A stretch of DNA of 63,175 nucleotides, filler included, from Octopus bimaculoides (taxonomy: Eukaryota): the NCBI RefSeq assembly GCF_001194135.2. It is 4 parts of 4 records of this genome, joined end to end, with 100 filler letters (N's around TTAATTAATTAA, not from the genome) between each part and the next. Parts side by side here need not be neighbours in the genome. Positions count along the whole stretch, not along the records: positions 1 to 26,089 come from NC_069005.1; positions 26,190 to 42,776 come from NC_068993.1; 2 more parts are not named here. One strand, written 5' to 3'. This document shows, piece after piece, positions 12,881 to 26,323 of the stretch. How positions within the stretch are numbered: the first letter of the stretch is position 1; each line of letters starts with the position of its first letter. Below the pieces are notes generated by a model. It ran no database searches. It saw nothing but the letters and a program-made list of their open reading frames with translations, and was not told the DNA's origin. The position numbers were made by a program, and so were the translations under genes.

Positions 12881-14569
12881 CTCCACCAATGGTACTAAAG
12901 GCAGCTAGAATTTTGCAGTAGCACTCTAACAGCCCAACTTTTGTAAAGCCTGGTGGGAGACCAAGCCATTCTTGTTGGAACTTGCTTGTAACAGTTTACA
13001 ATTCTCTCTGCATTTCTTAACAGTATTTCATTCACTTGAAGAGCTTTTATGTGCTTTAACAAAAGGTCATGTTGGTAACATTACAAGTAAACTTCTCTGC
13101 CCAATTGTTGCAGAGCTGTGGCCATGCTGGAGCCCCACCGTTGGAAAAAAAAAAAAGAAAACTATTGTAAATGTGTATGTTTGTGTCTCCTTGTCTTGAC
13201 ATTGCATAATTGTAAATGAATGTCATTCATTTCTAATATTCTGTAAATGCATGTCTAGCCATGATTTGGTCATCATCTGTAGTGGATGGGCTGCCTGATC
13301 ACTCTTTATCAATAAGGCTAGAATCTCCAGCTCAGAACCTTGCGAACCACTTCCGTAGAGTTCTTTCAGATAAAGAAACATCACCGTAAACTGCGCATAT
13401 TTCTATGGTTGCTTGTGAGGCATTTTTCCCTTTACAGAAAAAGAAAAGCATCAAGTGCCAAAAATGAACTTTCTTATCTTCCATTTTAAAGGGTTACAGA
13501 ATTAATACAGGTTATAGGAACATAAACCTTCTTCCACGAAAAGATAGCTTAAACTGTGCTCTAAATGGAGGTGTAGTCAAATCCTATTTTATGGACTCAA
13601 CCATGTTCTAAAATAAGTTGAAAGGTAAACTACTATAAATCAGCACAAACTTTCCGGACAACCCAGTACTTTGCTTGGAAGCAGGTGCAGGTTGGTGACA
13701 GGAAGAGCATCCAGCCATAGAAAAATCTACCCTCCCATAAACTAAATCTGACCCATTTAAGCATGGAAAAATAGATGTTAACTGATAATTATGTTGTCCA
13801 TTTATAGAAGGATGTCTCTTTGACACATGTTGAGAATGTCTCTTGCAGCTGTTGTCTGCTATTTATTGTGGTTTCTGGCTCTCTGGTGATTGATAGAAAA
13901 AATGTCAGCTGCTGAACTAAGATTCAAAACTTGGCAACCTTTTGAGCCGATGAAGGAATACAGTTATTCAACCTGCTAGAAACAGCAGCTAAATCTCCTT
14001 CAAAGACCAGCTAAGTATTCTTTACAAAGAATACAATGGATATTGTAGTTCAGGATACACTACTGTTAAAAACAAGATGAGAAGGCCACAGCACAGAGCG
14101 AAGACCTGAAATAAAACAACAAATTGAAAACTAGAGAGGTTTAAAATAATATATTTGAACCTGTTCTTTTAACTGAATAACAGCTGTTATCTAAAATATG
14201 ATAAACACTTTAATACCAGCTGGATTCTACTAAAACAAGCAGTGGACATTTTTAACATTTTGAAGAGAATCTGTTATTGTAAGAACAAAATGGCCAAGTA
14301 GATAAATGAAACTATTTACTTGTCAATAATTCTTCTCTTTCTGTCTTTATTTCACTTTACCTTTTATATATTTACTCAACTTTGCATTTCTTATTCTACC
14401 TAACTGTAACTATAAACATAATTAAGGGATCAGCAACAGTTGCTTCACCACATACCGAAGTTCAGAAATAGCAGCTAAAGTGCTAAAACTCCAACAGATA
14501 GCAATTTATTAATAAATTAATAATCCTTTACCCTTTTATTTGTTATAACTGTAACTATAAATGGATCAT

Positions 14570-14940
14570 CCTTCATCTTTTACTTGTTTCAGTCATTGGG
14601 CTGAGGCCATGCTGGAGCACTGCCTTGAAGAGTTTGGTTGAACAAATTCATCCCAGGAAGTTTAATTTTTTTTTTTACTTATTCTGTCAGTCTCTTTTGC
14701 TGAATTGCTAGGTTATGGGGATGTAAACAAACCAACACCAGTGGTCAAGACATGGGAGGAAAGGTGACAGTCAAACATGCATGTATGGGTGATATGGGCT
14801 TCCTCACAGTTTCCATCTACTAAATTTACTCAAGGCATTGGTTGGCCCAGGGTTATAGTAGAAGATACTTGGCCAGGGTGCAGTGGGATTGAATCCAAAA
14901 CTATGTGGTTGCAAAGCAAGCTTCTTAACCCCACAGCCAT
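14570..14940 (-). mobile_element. SINE family A (tRNA-like head, internal microsatellite site, 3' tail)
   Basis: Similar to fuller copies at 41445-41845 and 39530-39915. Confidence 0.7.
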
Positions 14941-15099
14941 GGAAAAGAATTCAGAAATGACAGACTTGCATCCCAACAATTCAAATTTGCCATTAGAGAA
15001 AGGAACATCAAGTACTTAAACTCGGCCTTCTGGCTTTTTGCTGTTCAAAAACGGATTCATTAAATTATTTTTCTTCTTTTAATATATATATAATATCAT

Positions 15100-15640
15100 C
15101 ATCATCATCATCGTTTAATGTCCACTTTCCATGCTGACATGGGTTGGACGGTTTGACTGAGGACTGGCAAGCCAGGAGGCTGCACCAGGCTCCAATCTGA
15201 TCTAGCAAAGTTTCTACAGCTGGATGCNNNNNNNNNNATCTAGCAAAGTTTCTACAGCTGGATGCCCTTCCTAACGCCAACCACTCCAAGAGTGTAGTGG
15301 GTGCTTTTTATGTGCCACTGGCACAGGAGCCAGTCAGGCGACACTGGCAATGACCACACTCAAATGGTGCTTTTTACATGCCACTGGCATGGGAGCCAGT
15401 CAGGCAGCACTGGCAACGACCATGCTCAAATGGTGCTTTTTACTTACTACCAGCACGGGAGCCAGTCAGTGGGTACTGGCATTGGCCACGACAATGATTT
15501 CACTTGACTCAACAGGTCTTCTCAAGCACAGCATATTACCCAATGATTGAAGGGTGCTTTTAATGGGCTGGTTATATGACACTGGCATAGGCCACAGCTA
15601 CAGCCTCACTTGGCTTGCCGGATCTTCTCAAGCACAGCAT
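15100..15640 (+). mobile_element. Dispersed repeat family D with internal 66-bp tandem (3 copies at 15301, 15367, 15433)
   Basis: CATCATCGTTTAA..TTTCCATGCT..GGATGCCCTTCCTAACGCCAACCAC motif shared with 26300-26990, 4540-4690 (reverse) and 18170-18450; the 66-bp period is directly countable. Confidence 0.75.
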
Positions 15641-15646
15641 ATCTCC

Positions 15647-15679
<33 letters not shown>

Positions 15680-15689
15680 CAAATATGAC

Positions 15690-16040
15690 TATCTTGGCTA
15701 GAAAATCTTGCTTTGCAATCACATGGCTTCCTGTTCAGTCCCACTGCACAACACCTTCAGCAAGTGTCTTCTACTATAGCTTCAAACTAGTCAATGCCTT
15801 GTAAGTGAATTTGGTAGATGGAAGCTCATTGTGTGTGTCTTTATTTTTGTTCCCCACCATTGCTTGACAGGTTCTGGTTTGTTTATGTCCCCATAACTTG
15901 GCAGTTCAGCAAAATAAGACCAACAGAATAAATACCAGACTTTAAAAAATAAGTACTAGGGATCAATTTGTTTGACTAAATCCTTTAAGGTGGTGCTCCA
16001 GCATGGCCACATTCCACTGACTGAAAGAAGTAAAAGATAA
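15690..16040 (+). mobile_element. SINE family A copy immediately upstream of Kazal exon 2
   Basis: Head CACATGGCTTCCTGTTCAGTCCCACTGC and tail GGTGCTCCAGCATGGCCAC..GACTGAAAGAAGTAAAAGATAAAAG. Confidence 0.75.
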
Positions 16041-16084
16041 AAGATTAAAAAAGATAAAAGACCTATTTTCCTGTTTCTTTGCAG

Positions 16085-16196
16085 CTGTGTACGCCTCTCC
16101 CTGGTTTCAATCCTGTTCCTACCTTCGAGACTTAGACTGCACCAATGCCGCATTGGCAGTGATATGTGGAACCAATCATGTGACCTACAATTCAAA
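16085..16196 (+). CDS. Kazal protein exon 2
   Basis: Acceptor TTTCTTTGCAG; (T)VYASPWFQSCSYLRDLDCTNAALAVICGTNHVTYNS(N); donor GTTGGT; phases 1->2 match neighbouring exons; C..C..ICGT..TY.S is the N-terminal half of a Kazal domain. Confidence 0.92.
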
Positions 16197-16840
16197 GTTG
16201 GTATCATCCATTTGCTGGATACTAGGTTGGCAAAAAGTCATTGTGAGTGGATGGCTAGCTGGTCAAAGGATGAATGAACGGGTAGATTGATGGAGGGATA
16301 AATTGATTGATGATGATTATGCTGATCTTCTTGTGATTGTTGCCAGAAAGAGATTGGGTCCAACTAGTTTTGAGCTATAAATTCAATGGGATTGATAAGC
16401 TATTAATGTCAAGTTCAATAATTGACTCCCTTCCAATCTAAACAACAAAGTGTGTCTGTGTTTATTTGAAGAAAAACTATGTTTAAAAGAATGAGACTCA
16501 TGTTTGTGACTTGACCCCTGAAACCTGTGCTATTGTGACCCCCACCAAAGGGTTTGTCTGTCCTTTTGTCTTTGTTCTCCTGTCTTCTAAATCTTATATT
16601 TATTTGGCTTTGCTCATTTATCAATCTCTCCCCCACCCCCTACACCCTTTCTTACATCACCAGCACATTTACTTCTCTGAACTTTGATTAATTATTCTTA
16701 CACATTGTTTTATTTTCTTTTATCTATTAAACAAATTGCTTAAAAAGAAAAAAAAACAAACTCCCAAACACCTGTCTTTTTTTAATTTTTTTTTACACAT
16801 TTCTTTCATGTCTGTTAAACAATCATGGTTGTGTTTGCAG

Positions 16841-17038
16841 CTGCGAATTTGCTAAAGCCCACTGCAGAGACAGGACATTATATGTAAAGCATCGAGGTGA
16901 ATGTACAGGCAAACCAGAGCTGAATATTAATCCACACAAGATTGCTTTTGAAGTGTTTTGCCAGGCTTTCTTGACAGAGAGTTGTGGCAATGAAGAAGAA
17001 ATCGTCTGCAGTTCAGATCTGAAAACCTATCGCAACCT
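16841..17038 (+). CDS. Kazal protein exon 3
   Basis: Acceptor GTGTTTGCAG; CEFAKAHCRDRTLYVKHRGECTGKPELNINPHKIAFEVFCQAFLTESCGNEEEIVCSSDLKTYRN(L); donor GTAAGC; phase 2->2. Confidence 0.95.
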
Positions 17039-17149
17039 GTAAGCTGTTTCCCTTGTCGGGATTCTTTGTGTTTTATTAAATGGTTTGAGGCAAAGATACA
17101 TCTTCACTTCTCTCTCCAACTTATAACAATTCTGTCTTTCTTACCTTTT

Positions 17150-17525
17150 GCTTGTTTTAATCATTGACTGTGGCCATGCTGGGGCACCACCTCGAAGGGT
17201 TTCTAGTCAGACAAATTGCTCCCAGTATTTATATTTTTTAAGTCTGCTATTTATTCTGTTGGTATCTTTTGCTGAACTGCTAAGTTACAGGCATATAAAC
17301 AAACCAACACAGGTCATCAAGCTGGGGTGGGGGCGGAACAACTACAAAGACACATGTAAATTTGACAGACTTCTACACAGTTTCCATCTACTAGATTCAC
17401 TCATAAAGCATTGGTTAACTTGGGGCTAAGTACAAGACACTTGTCCAAGGTGTTGTTGCACTGTAGGACTGAACCCAAAACCACAGGGCTGCAAAGTGAG
17501 TTTCTTAACCACACAGCCAGTCCTG
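17150..17525 (-). mobile_element. SINE family A copy in Kazal intron 3
   Basis: Same head/core/tail blocks as other family A copies. Confidence 0.75.
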
Positions 17526-17993
17526 CATCTATATATTTGCACAGCCCCCCCCCCCCATCCTCTACCCTCTGCTTGCAGGTTTCGGTTATGGAGTCTTCTT
17601 TTTTCTTCTGGAAACTTCATCTGCTAGTCATCTACAAATGTAATCATAAATTACTCAATTAGTGTCCATTAAGTGTAACAGAAGCAGTAGTAGTGTAGGA
17701 GACGGGGTGGGTGGGCATGTACTGTGACAGCACATTGCTGCATCCCTCATTTGTTGGTGACTCCCTACTATCCCTGGTGAATGACACCTTTGTACCACTC
17801 GGGTGACGACCTTCCAACCCATGAGTCTGTTTGGGCAGTCATTGATGGTGAGGGTTTTTTACCAAGTCAGAGTGCAAATCCTACCTCAAACACTTTTAGT
17901 TGCCTTTTACAACATGCAGAGAAAATGGGTTTTTTGCATCACACATACAATACCCAACATAAACTATTTAGCACTTTCCTATCTTGCTTACAG

Positions 17994-18060
17994 GTGTGAA
18001 TTTGAAAAATCTAAATGTCTAAATCGTCTACTGAAGCTACATCATATTGGGCATTGTTAG
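17994..18060 (+). CDS. Kazal protein exon 4 (terminal)
   Basis: Acceptor ATCTTGCTTACAG; CEFEKSKCLNRLLKLHHIGHC then TAG; completes domain 2. The spliced CDS is 414 nt (137 aa, 12 Cys). Confidence 0.93.
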
Positions 18061-19332
18061 GGTGATGGAAGTGAGATGCCATCTGGCTGTCATTAAAGGT
18101 AAGGACAATTATCTACTAAGATAATGTTTCTTTCATATTTTGGAGTTATATGCTGATTGAACAAATCATCATCATCATTTTAATGTCCACTTTTCCATGA
18201 TTGCATAGGTCAGACAGTCTGTTGAGGTTGATTTTTCTATGGTCAGATACTCTTTCTGTTGCCAACCTTCACCTGTTTCCAAGCAACATCATATCTCCCT
18301 ATGACCAGACATGTTTACAGCAGAATCTTGGAAATGAATGACGCTGCTGGTATGACAGTGACTCTCATTTACAACTGTCGTGTGTTATCAAAATGGGGAG
18401 ACAGGTACACATGCACTCCTCATTATCATCATTTAACATCTGTTTCCATATAAGTCAACAGAACTTCTTTATGGTCAGAAACAGCAGCTAAATCACAGAG
18501 ACAGACACATTGAATGATTTAATTCCAAGTGAAGTACTCCATGCTTGATAAAGATGAGACAGTCATGGCTGGATTGCCTTTGGTCATTAGTTACGTAATC
18601 AGGGCTTAGCAACTTTTCTACATACCATGTATTTTGAAATCTCAATCTTCTGCAGTGAAGTCATCTACTTCTCCCTCAGAAGTACAGGTTACTCCTGGCC
18701 AATGGCTGCTTATGTCTATTTAATTTCTCACTCCACTAAGTCACTACACACATATCACTTCTCTTATTCTGAGCACAAATATATTAGCATATCATTAATA
18801 TATTAGCATATTATTAATATGTTAGTAGCATTTGAATGAAAATGGTAAAATTAAAAAAACTGCTTTGGAATTTTCTCCTCCTTGCCTAATGCATTAACAT
18901 AAACCATTTACAATGACTGCACCAATTCTGCAGTCCCCTGTCTAAAATAGCCACATTTTATGTCTTGATGCCAGTATCAAATGGACTGATTTTCAATAAT
19001 TATTCCAATAGACTCGTAACGGCTGGATATGTTGCCCCATCTAACAGGAACCCCGTCAATTAAGAGTATGGAAGATGGTGACGGATGTCTTTTTGCATTT
19101 TGTGGAAAGGCATGGCAGTTAGGGCATAAATACTATGACAGACGTCTGTATGAGTGCATATAAATGTGTGTGTGTGCATAGATAGATAAACAGACAAGTG
19201 TGTGTAGGCAGACAGGTATGTATACACATGTATGCATGTCCACACACACACACATATCTTTGAACTATTTTGAATAGATATGTGTGTTGGAGAGAAAGAA
19301 AGATGGTGTGTTTTTTGTATATGTGTATATGA

Positions 19333-19365
<33 letters not shown>

Positions 19366-19367
19366 CA

Positions 19368-19432
<65 letters not shown>

Positions 19433-21809
19433 GAAATTTATAGAAAGACAAAGATAGGTGTATGAACAACAAGCAGGAGTATTAGTTTGACGGTGTGGAA
19501 AGTGTGAAAGTCTTTTATGTTTCGAGTCTATGCTCTGCAACAGAAAGGAATATTGGGAAATAAACTGAGAATAAAAAAAACTTGTGGAATTACCGATCAC
19601 TTGTATATATATGTCTGTGTGTCTTTAAGATAGCATGTTTACTCTAGTGTATAGATAGATGTATATGTTTTAACGTGTTTATTTTTGTTTCTCTCCTCTT
19701 GTTTTAATAGATTTACAACCAAGACTTCTGACATGAAATATCTCTTCGCATTCAAAATTGAACATTTATTTTTTAAAAAATTTCTTTGAAATAAAAGAAT
19801 AAAAAAAAGGGGGGAAATTGGTGTTTCTGATTCATTTAGATAACTTTGCTGTCTCTCTTTCATTTTGTCTTTTCTTTCTTTTGCTAGCCTAGTTTGACTA
19901 CCAAATTGAGGGCAAGAGAGAGACATGTTCATCCATTCAATAGCAATGGTAAATCATTCAGCATCATCACCATCTTCATATTGTCTTCATCATCATTTTT
20001 TACATCCACTCATCAGTGTTTGCATGCTTTGGGTGAGTCCTTTCCATTTTATTGCATTCTTGTGTATGAGATGTTTTTGGTACAGCTGCCTGTTTGGCAT
20101 TGTTGATTTGACCTCAGACATTTTAATGTTTTTATTGTTCCCTCCTTTCCCTGCCCCTCTTCCTCCTCATCTCCCTCTCTGTCTTTCTCTAATATTAATA
20201 TGTGTGAGCATTTACCTACGTTTATATGTTTGTACCACAGATTATGGGAAACCTGCCAACAAATATGAGGCAGACAGGCTTACTTTTTTGCTCAAGATTA
20301 TTCTCACATTCATCTCATAATAAAGAAGAGAGTCCATCGTTAGTGCCTCCACTCGGTGGCACACATCCAGGCTGCATCTCATCTAAGCTGATTGTTTTTC
20401 TAATCAGTTGCCCTAAACTATTTCTGTTTCTTTCATAATTTGGTCCACACACACACACAAAGTGGCATGCAGTGAGATTGAACCTGAATCCACAAGGTTG
20501 GGAAACGAGCTTCTTGACAACACAACCATGCATGCAATTGTGTGTGTGTGTGTGAAAGCACATTTGGCAAAAGAATAGGGATGAATGTAACAACACCTAG
20601 ACGCTGTATCTCGGTCAAATCCATTTCCATGCTTTGCGGTGGGGCCAAACAGTCTGGGTTGAAGGCTTCTTTGGCCTGTTCCCAAACATGAACTCATCAC
20701 AAAGTGGGGAAAAAGGGTGAATGATGATTAATCAAAGAAGCTGACCTTGTTTCATTGAGCCATTGATCACTTCTGATTGTCTAGACCCCATTTTTTCCAC
20801 TTACCAATGTTGATGAGGAATATATTTTCTGATATTGTGTATTTAGGACTTCATGATCCAATGTGCCTTGTGTATGATTTGAGGGAGAATTTATTCCTAT
20901 TTCTAGCAGGCTGAGTCACTACTTAGAGTTCCCTCTTTGGTTCATCTTAAATATCTGCACCCATTGTTGTTTAGCCCCTGGGCAACCTTGGCTGAGCCAA
21001 CCTGTGCTCTGATCATCTTGTTTATATATTTTCCAGGCTGTGTGGTTAAGAAATTTGCCTCCCAACTATGTGATGTGGAGTTCAATCCCACTACATGGCA
21101 CCTTCTATTGCCCTGGGCTAAGCAAACCTTTGTGAGTGGATTCAGCTGAGAAAAACTGAAGAAGCCCCTCTGCAGGTGTTTCAGTGTGTCCTTGTCTTGA
21201 CATTGCACAATAGTTGTACACAAGTATGACCATCGTCCACCCAGTGTCCTCAATTTCCAGTGTTCTGTGAGAACACATTTGGCCATTGGGAAATACTAAC
21301 TTTGCTTGGAAACAGGTAAGGGTTGGTGACAGAAAGAGCATCCAGCCATAGAAAATTTTCCTCAACAAATACCATCTGACCCATGCAAGAATGGGAAACT
21401 GGACAATAAAAGGACAACGGTGACTACATAATCCACTATATCTTTAGAGACACTGGGGTGTGATTTGAGGGCGATTTAGCTGCTATGTTCAGGATGATAG
21501 TGTTTAAGGTTTGTTAGTTTTTTTGTTGATATCCCAGTCATTGGATATATTAGGAAAGGAAGGAGGAAAACAAGATGTTGTTACCATTGGTAGTAAAACT
21601 ACCAATGGTCTTGTTCTTGTTGATGATGCTTGCTCTCTCTCTCTCTCTCTCTCTCTCATTGCTCTTTCTCATTCTTTTGCCCCTCTCCCCCTCTCTCTCT
21701 CTTATCCAGTCTCAAGTAATCCTAGCAACTACATTGAGCTGTAAGTTTACCTTGGTATACATTTAACTTTGAAGCTCTTACTGGTGGGCTTACTTAAACA
21801 AGCATGCAC

Positions 21810-21862
<53 letters not shown>

Positions 21863-22168
21863 CCTACATATATTTGTATGTATGTACATGAATATATGTT
21901 TATATGTATGCATTTATACACACACATACACAAATCTTTGTATGGACATGTATGCAAGTATACACGTGTATATATGTATGTATGTTTGTTTACATATAGA
22001 TGTGTGTGTGTGTGTGTATATATATATATGTGTTTGTGTGTATGTATGTCTATTGTACATACAGTTATGCTGAGAATTCCAGATATACACTCAACATATA
22101 TAAACACACCAGCCATATTCTTTAGTGTAGACTCACTGGTTGGACATAGAAACAGGAAATGCGCACGC

Positions 22169-22210
<42 letters not shown>

Positions 22211-23498
22211 TTCGACAATGTATGAGTGTTTAATTGCTAATTGGTTGAAGTTAATCTTAGCTCTACAGCCACTGTGCTCACCACCACCACCAACAACAGC
22301 ACCACCGCCACCATCACTGCTCCTCTCTACCTTGGACCTAGTGTGTCATAAACTTGAGTTGACACCTGGTTTCTTTAAGCCTCAATGTTTCTGTATATAA
22401 GCACTGTGTGTGTGTGTGTGTTGTTTGCATGTGAGGTGTGAGTGCTCATTTTGGGCCTATCATCAACACCTTTACCTCTGGCTGCTATTCTATGTTGCTA
22501 ATTTTACCTCCCTGCTCAACTGCACTGATTTTTCTGGCTGCCCAATGTTTTTGGTGAACCCTAAAAGAGAGAGAGCAGATATTTATTGTTCAACAGGAAC
22601 CTGCCAAAATAATGGCCCTTTCACTAACATGTCGGTGTCTCCTTTAAAATAAATATGTAAATAAAATGTTCATTCGTTCATCACTAGATACATAATTACA
22701 TACATACGTGCATATAAGCACATTAATTGCAGTGCAGGTGTACATATAATCACATTGCATATGAACACCTTAGATGCAATTATAGGTATATTTATACACA
22801 CAGGTGTCTACGCTTGAGTACCTACCACTGTATGTATGTGTACTTATAAGCATAGATATATACAGACATATATACACATATGTTACGCTCTTTAACAGGT
22901 TTAAGCCAATGGACTGTGGTCTGTCATGATGGATCACCACTGGGCTTCACTGCTGCTGCTTTTATTGATCCACATTTATTGACTTGCTAAGTTATGTTTT
23001 TCCAACACAGCACTGGTTCTACACCAGTAAACATAAAACACACACATGGACATCACATACGCATACATATATACACATGTGTACATATAAGAATATTATA
23101 GTCTTTCTGTGCAGTTTCAGTCTAACAAATTCCACTTTTGAGGTGTCATAAACACTCAAATGCCACATAAACACACACACACACATGCATGCATGCACAT
23201 ATATACATTATATACAAATATATATTCTTTCACTTGTTCAAGTCATTAGACTGCGGCCATGCTGGAGCACCGCCTTAAGGGGTTTTAGTTGAACAAATTG
23301 ATACCAGGACTTATTCTTTGTTAGCCTAATACTTATTCTGTCAGTTACTTTTGCCAAACTGCTAAGTTACAGGGACATAACACACCTACATTGCTTGTCA
23401 AGCGAGGATGCTAATGACAAACACAGATACAAACACACAAATATATATATACACATATATATAAAGATATATATATATACACACATACATACATACAT

Positions 23499-23537
<39 letters not shown>

Positions 23538-26048
23538 GCGATTTATATAACCAATTTACCTCTGTAAACTTGGATGCATTCTCCCTCCCCCTTTCTGTCT
23601 CCTTTTCCTTTCCCCCCCCCTCTCTCTCTCTCTCTCTCTCATACACACATACGTATTTTTATTATTGCCATTAAATTAAGCTGCTTATATTATCTCTAAA
23701 TACTCTGATATCACAAAGAAGTGTGGTGGTGGTGGTAGGTGGGGGCGAAACAGTCTCAAAGGAATCAGAAGAATGTTGAAGCTTCACAGCAAGGAATCTG
23801 GTTGTCAGCTTTGAAAATACAAATCCATACAATTCTATTTAAGCTTATACCCTAAATACACATACACACACATATACAATATATACATATACCTACACAT
23901 AAGCCTTAAATCTATGCAAGAAGTATTTCAACATCTATTACATACATTCTACATTCACATTCTACATTCACATAAACTGCTTAAGACTGCAATTCCTCAA
24001 GTTTCCACCATTTCTTGTAACATGGAAGTCTCCCAGAGCATTAACATGTGAGAAATTCTTCAGCAGTGATGATGGTAGGAATATTTTTTTTCCCCTTTGT
24101 GCTTCCATACCGTCCAATGTTCACTGTCTGCACACAAGAAATTAAGGACTTAAGGAGTAACCAGTGAAATCTTCATAATGTAAGTAGGATATTTCTTGTG
24201 AGTTTTCTTTTGTTCATAAACCTTTACGCATTTCTTGTTTATATATCTGTCGATGTAACAGTATGGTCTGTATATTCTCTTTGTATACACGAGTATGCAC
24301 TTAAATGCAAAACAAGGTGGGGCAAACTCGTACTCAAAGGCTGAGGGTTAGAGTAATGTACTTTTTATTAAAGTCAAAAACAAAAATCTTCATAAACTGT
24401 GTTGGGTTCTTGAGCAAGACACTTTATTTCACGTTGCTCCAGTTCACTCATCTGTAGAAATGAGTTGTGATGTCACAGGTGCCAAGCTGTATCAGCCTTT
24501 GTCTTTTCCTTGGATAGCATCAGTGGCACGGAGAGGGGAGGCTGGTATGCATGGACGACTGCTGGTCTTCCATAAACAACCTTGCCTGAACTTTCTAGAT
24601 GCAATCCCATGGTCATTCATGACTAAAGTGGGGCCTTTACCCTTTATATCTATATACATATACACACACATACAGACCCACTCATATACATACATGCATA
24701 TTCTTCCAGCTTGATGGATCCTGTCAAACCATCCAACCCATATCAGCGTTTAATGATGACTTTAAATGATGATCATGTCCTCTCTCTCTCTCCTCCCCCT
24801 TCTCTATGTATATGGATTGGATTGGATTGCCCAACTTCAGTCCACTGCAGGATGAAGGCCTCAGCATGTTTCTCTCCACCAACCACAGTCCGATGTAGAA
24901 CCCATGAATTTGAGCTTGAGATCGTACTGGTTTGACGAGCCCACTCTGCCACACTGGTTTGGCATGGCTTGGCAGAGGGATGCAAATTTTATACTTATAC
25001 CCAGAAGTAGTTACGTCAATTACATCAACACCAGTACACAACTGGTACTTATTTTATTGACCCCCAAAAGGATGAACAACAAAGTCAACCTTGGTGGAAT
25101 TTGAACTCAGAATGTAAAGATGGCCAAAATACTGCTAAGCAGTATGTATGTATATGGAATCTAGCCAGTATAGATCTGGAAAGATCACAGTTCAAATGAG
25201 AACTCATGACACAATTATGTAAAGTGTATAGTTTGGCATAAGAGGAATTATATGCAGTGTGCTAGAGGGGACAATTTTCTGGTTTGGTCATGTGGTCATG
25301 AATTGATGAGGACAGTTGCATAAACAAGTGCCAATCACTTAAAGTGAAAAGAAATTATGGAAGACATGGAGGCTGATCTCAAAATGCTGAGCCTTTCAAA
25401 GGAGATGATAGAAGACCGAGATATGTGGTGCACACATATATATATACATATATACAACGGGCCTCTTTCAGTTTCCGTCTACCAAATCCACTCACAAGGC
25501 TTTGGTCGGCCCGAGGCTATAGTAGAAGACACTAGACCAAGGTGCCACGCAGTGGGACTGAACACAGAACCATGTGGTTGGTAAGCAAGCTACTTACCAC
25601 ATAGTCACTCCTGTGCATTGTACACTTTTTTTTTTTTTTCGATTTACACGCACAAGGTGATCAATGGCAAAATAAATTTGGCTGATGATAAATTTAATGA
25701 TTTTTAAAAATATGTTAAACTGTTAAATAAACTCGGGTGTCAAGAACTAACCAAGAGACTCTACACATATCCACACACATGCATGTATTTACATACATGA
25801 CATCAAACCAAGGCAGTGGCATAGGCGTAGGAATCTAGCTATCCTTGTCTGTAGTGAATGCTGTCACATAAAAAGAACAATTGACATTATTACAAACAAC
25901 TGGTTATTTTCTCGTTGAGCAACTGGCAATTTTCTTCTGATAAGCACAAAGAAATATCTGTTTACTAGTGACCATAACCGTATTTAAATGAGAAATTTAA
26001 TCTGCTAATAAGGAATATATATATACAAGTAAAAGAGTATATATATAT

Positions 26049-26089
<41 letters not shown>

Positions 26090-26191
26090 NNNNNNNNNNN
26101 NNNNNNNNNNNNNNNNNNNNNNNNNNNNNNNNNTTAATTAATTAANNNNNNNNNNNNNNNNNNNNNNNNNNNNNNNNNNNNNNNNNNNNAC

Positions 26192-26284
<93 letters not shown>

Positions 26285-26291
26285 CATATAT

Positions 26292-26299
<8 letters not shown>

Positions 26300-26323
<24 letters not shown>

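Noticed and set aside
15200-15265. Direct repeat flanking a 10-N gap (similar case at 43400-43650 around an 11-N gap)
   Set aside because: Typical unmerged contig overlap; probably an assembly artefact rather than a biological duplication or Penelope pseudo-LTR.
26134-26145. TTAATTAATTAA island inside N-runs (also 42821-42832 and 61856-61867)
   Set aside because: The same 12-mer centred in three gaps places stops in all six frames; it is an artificial scaffolding linker.
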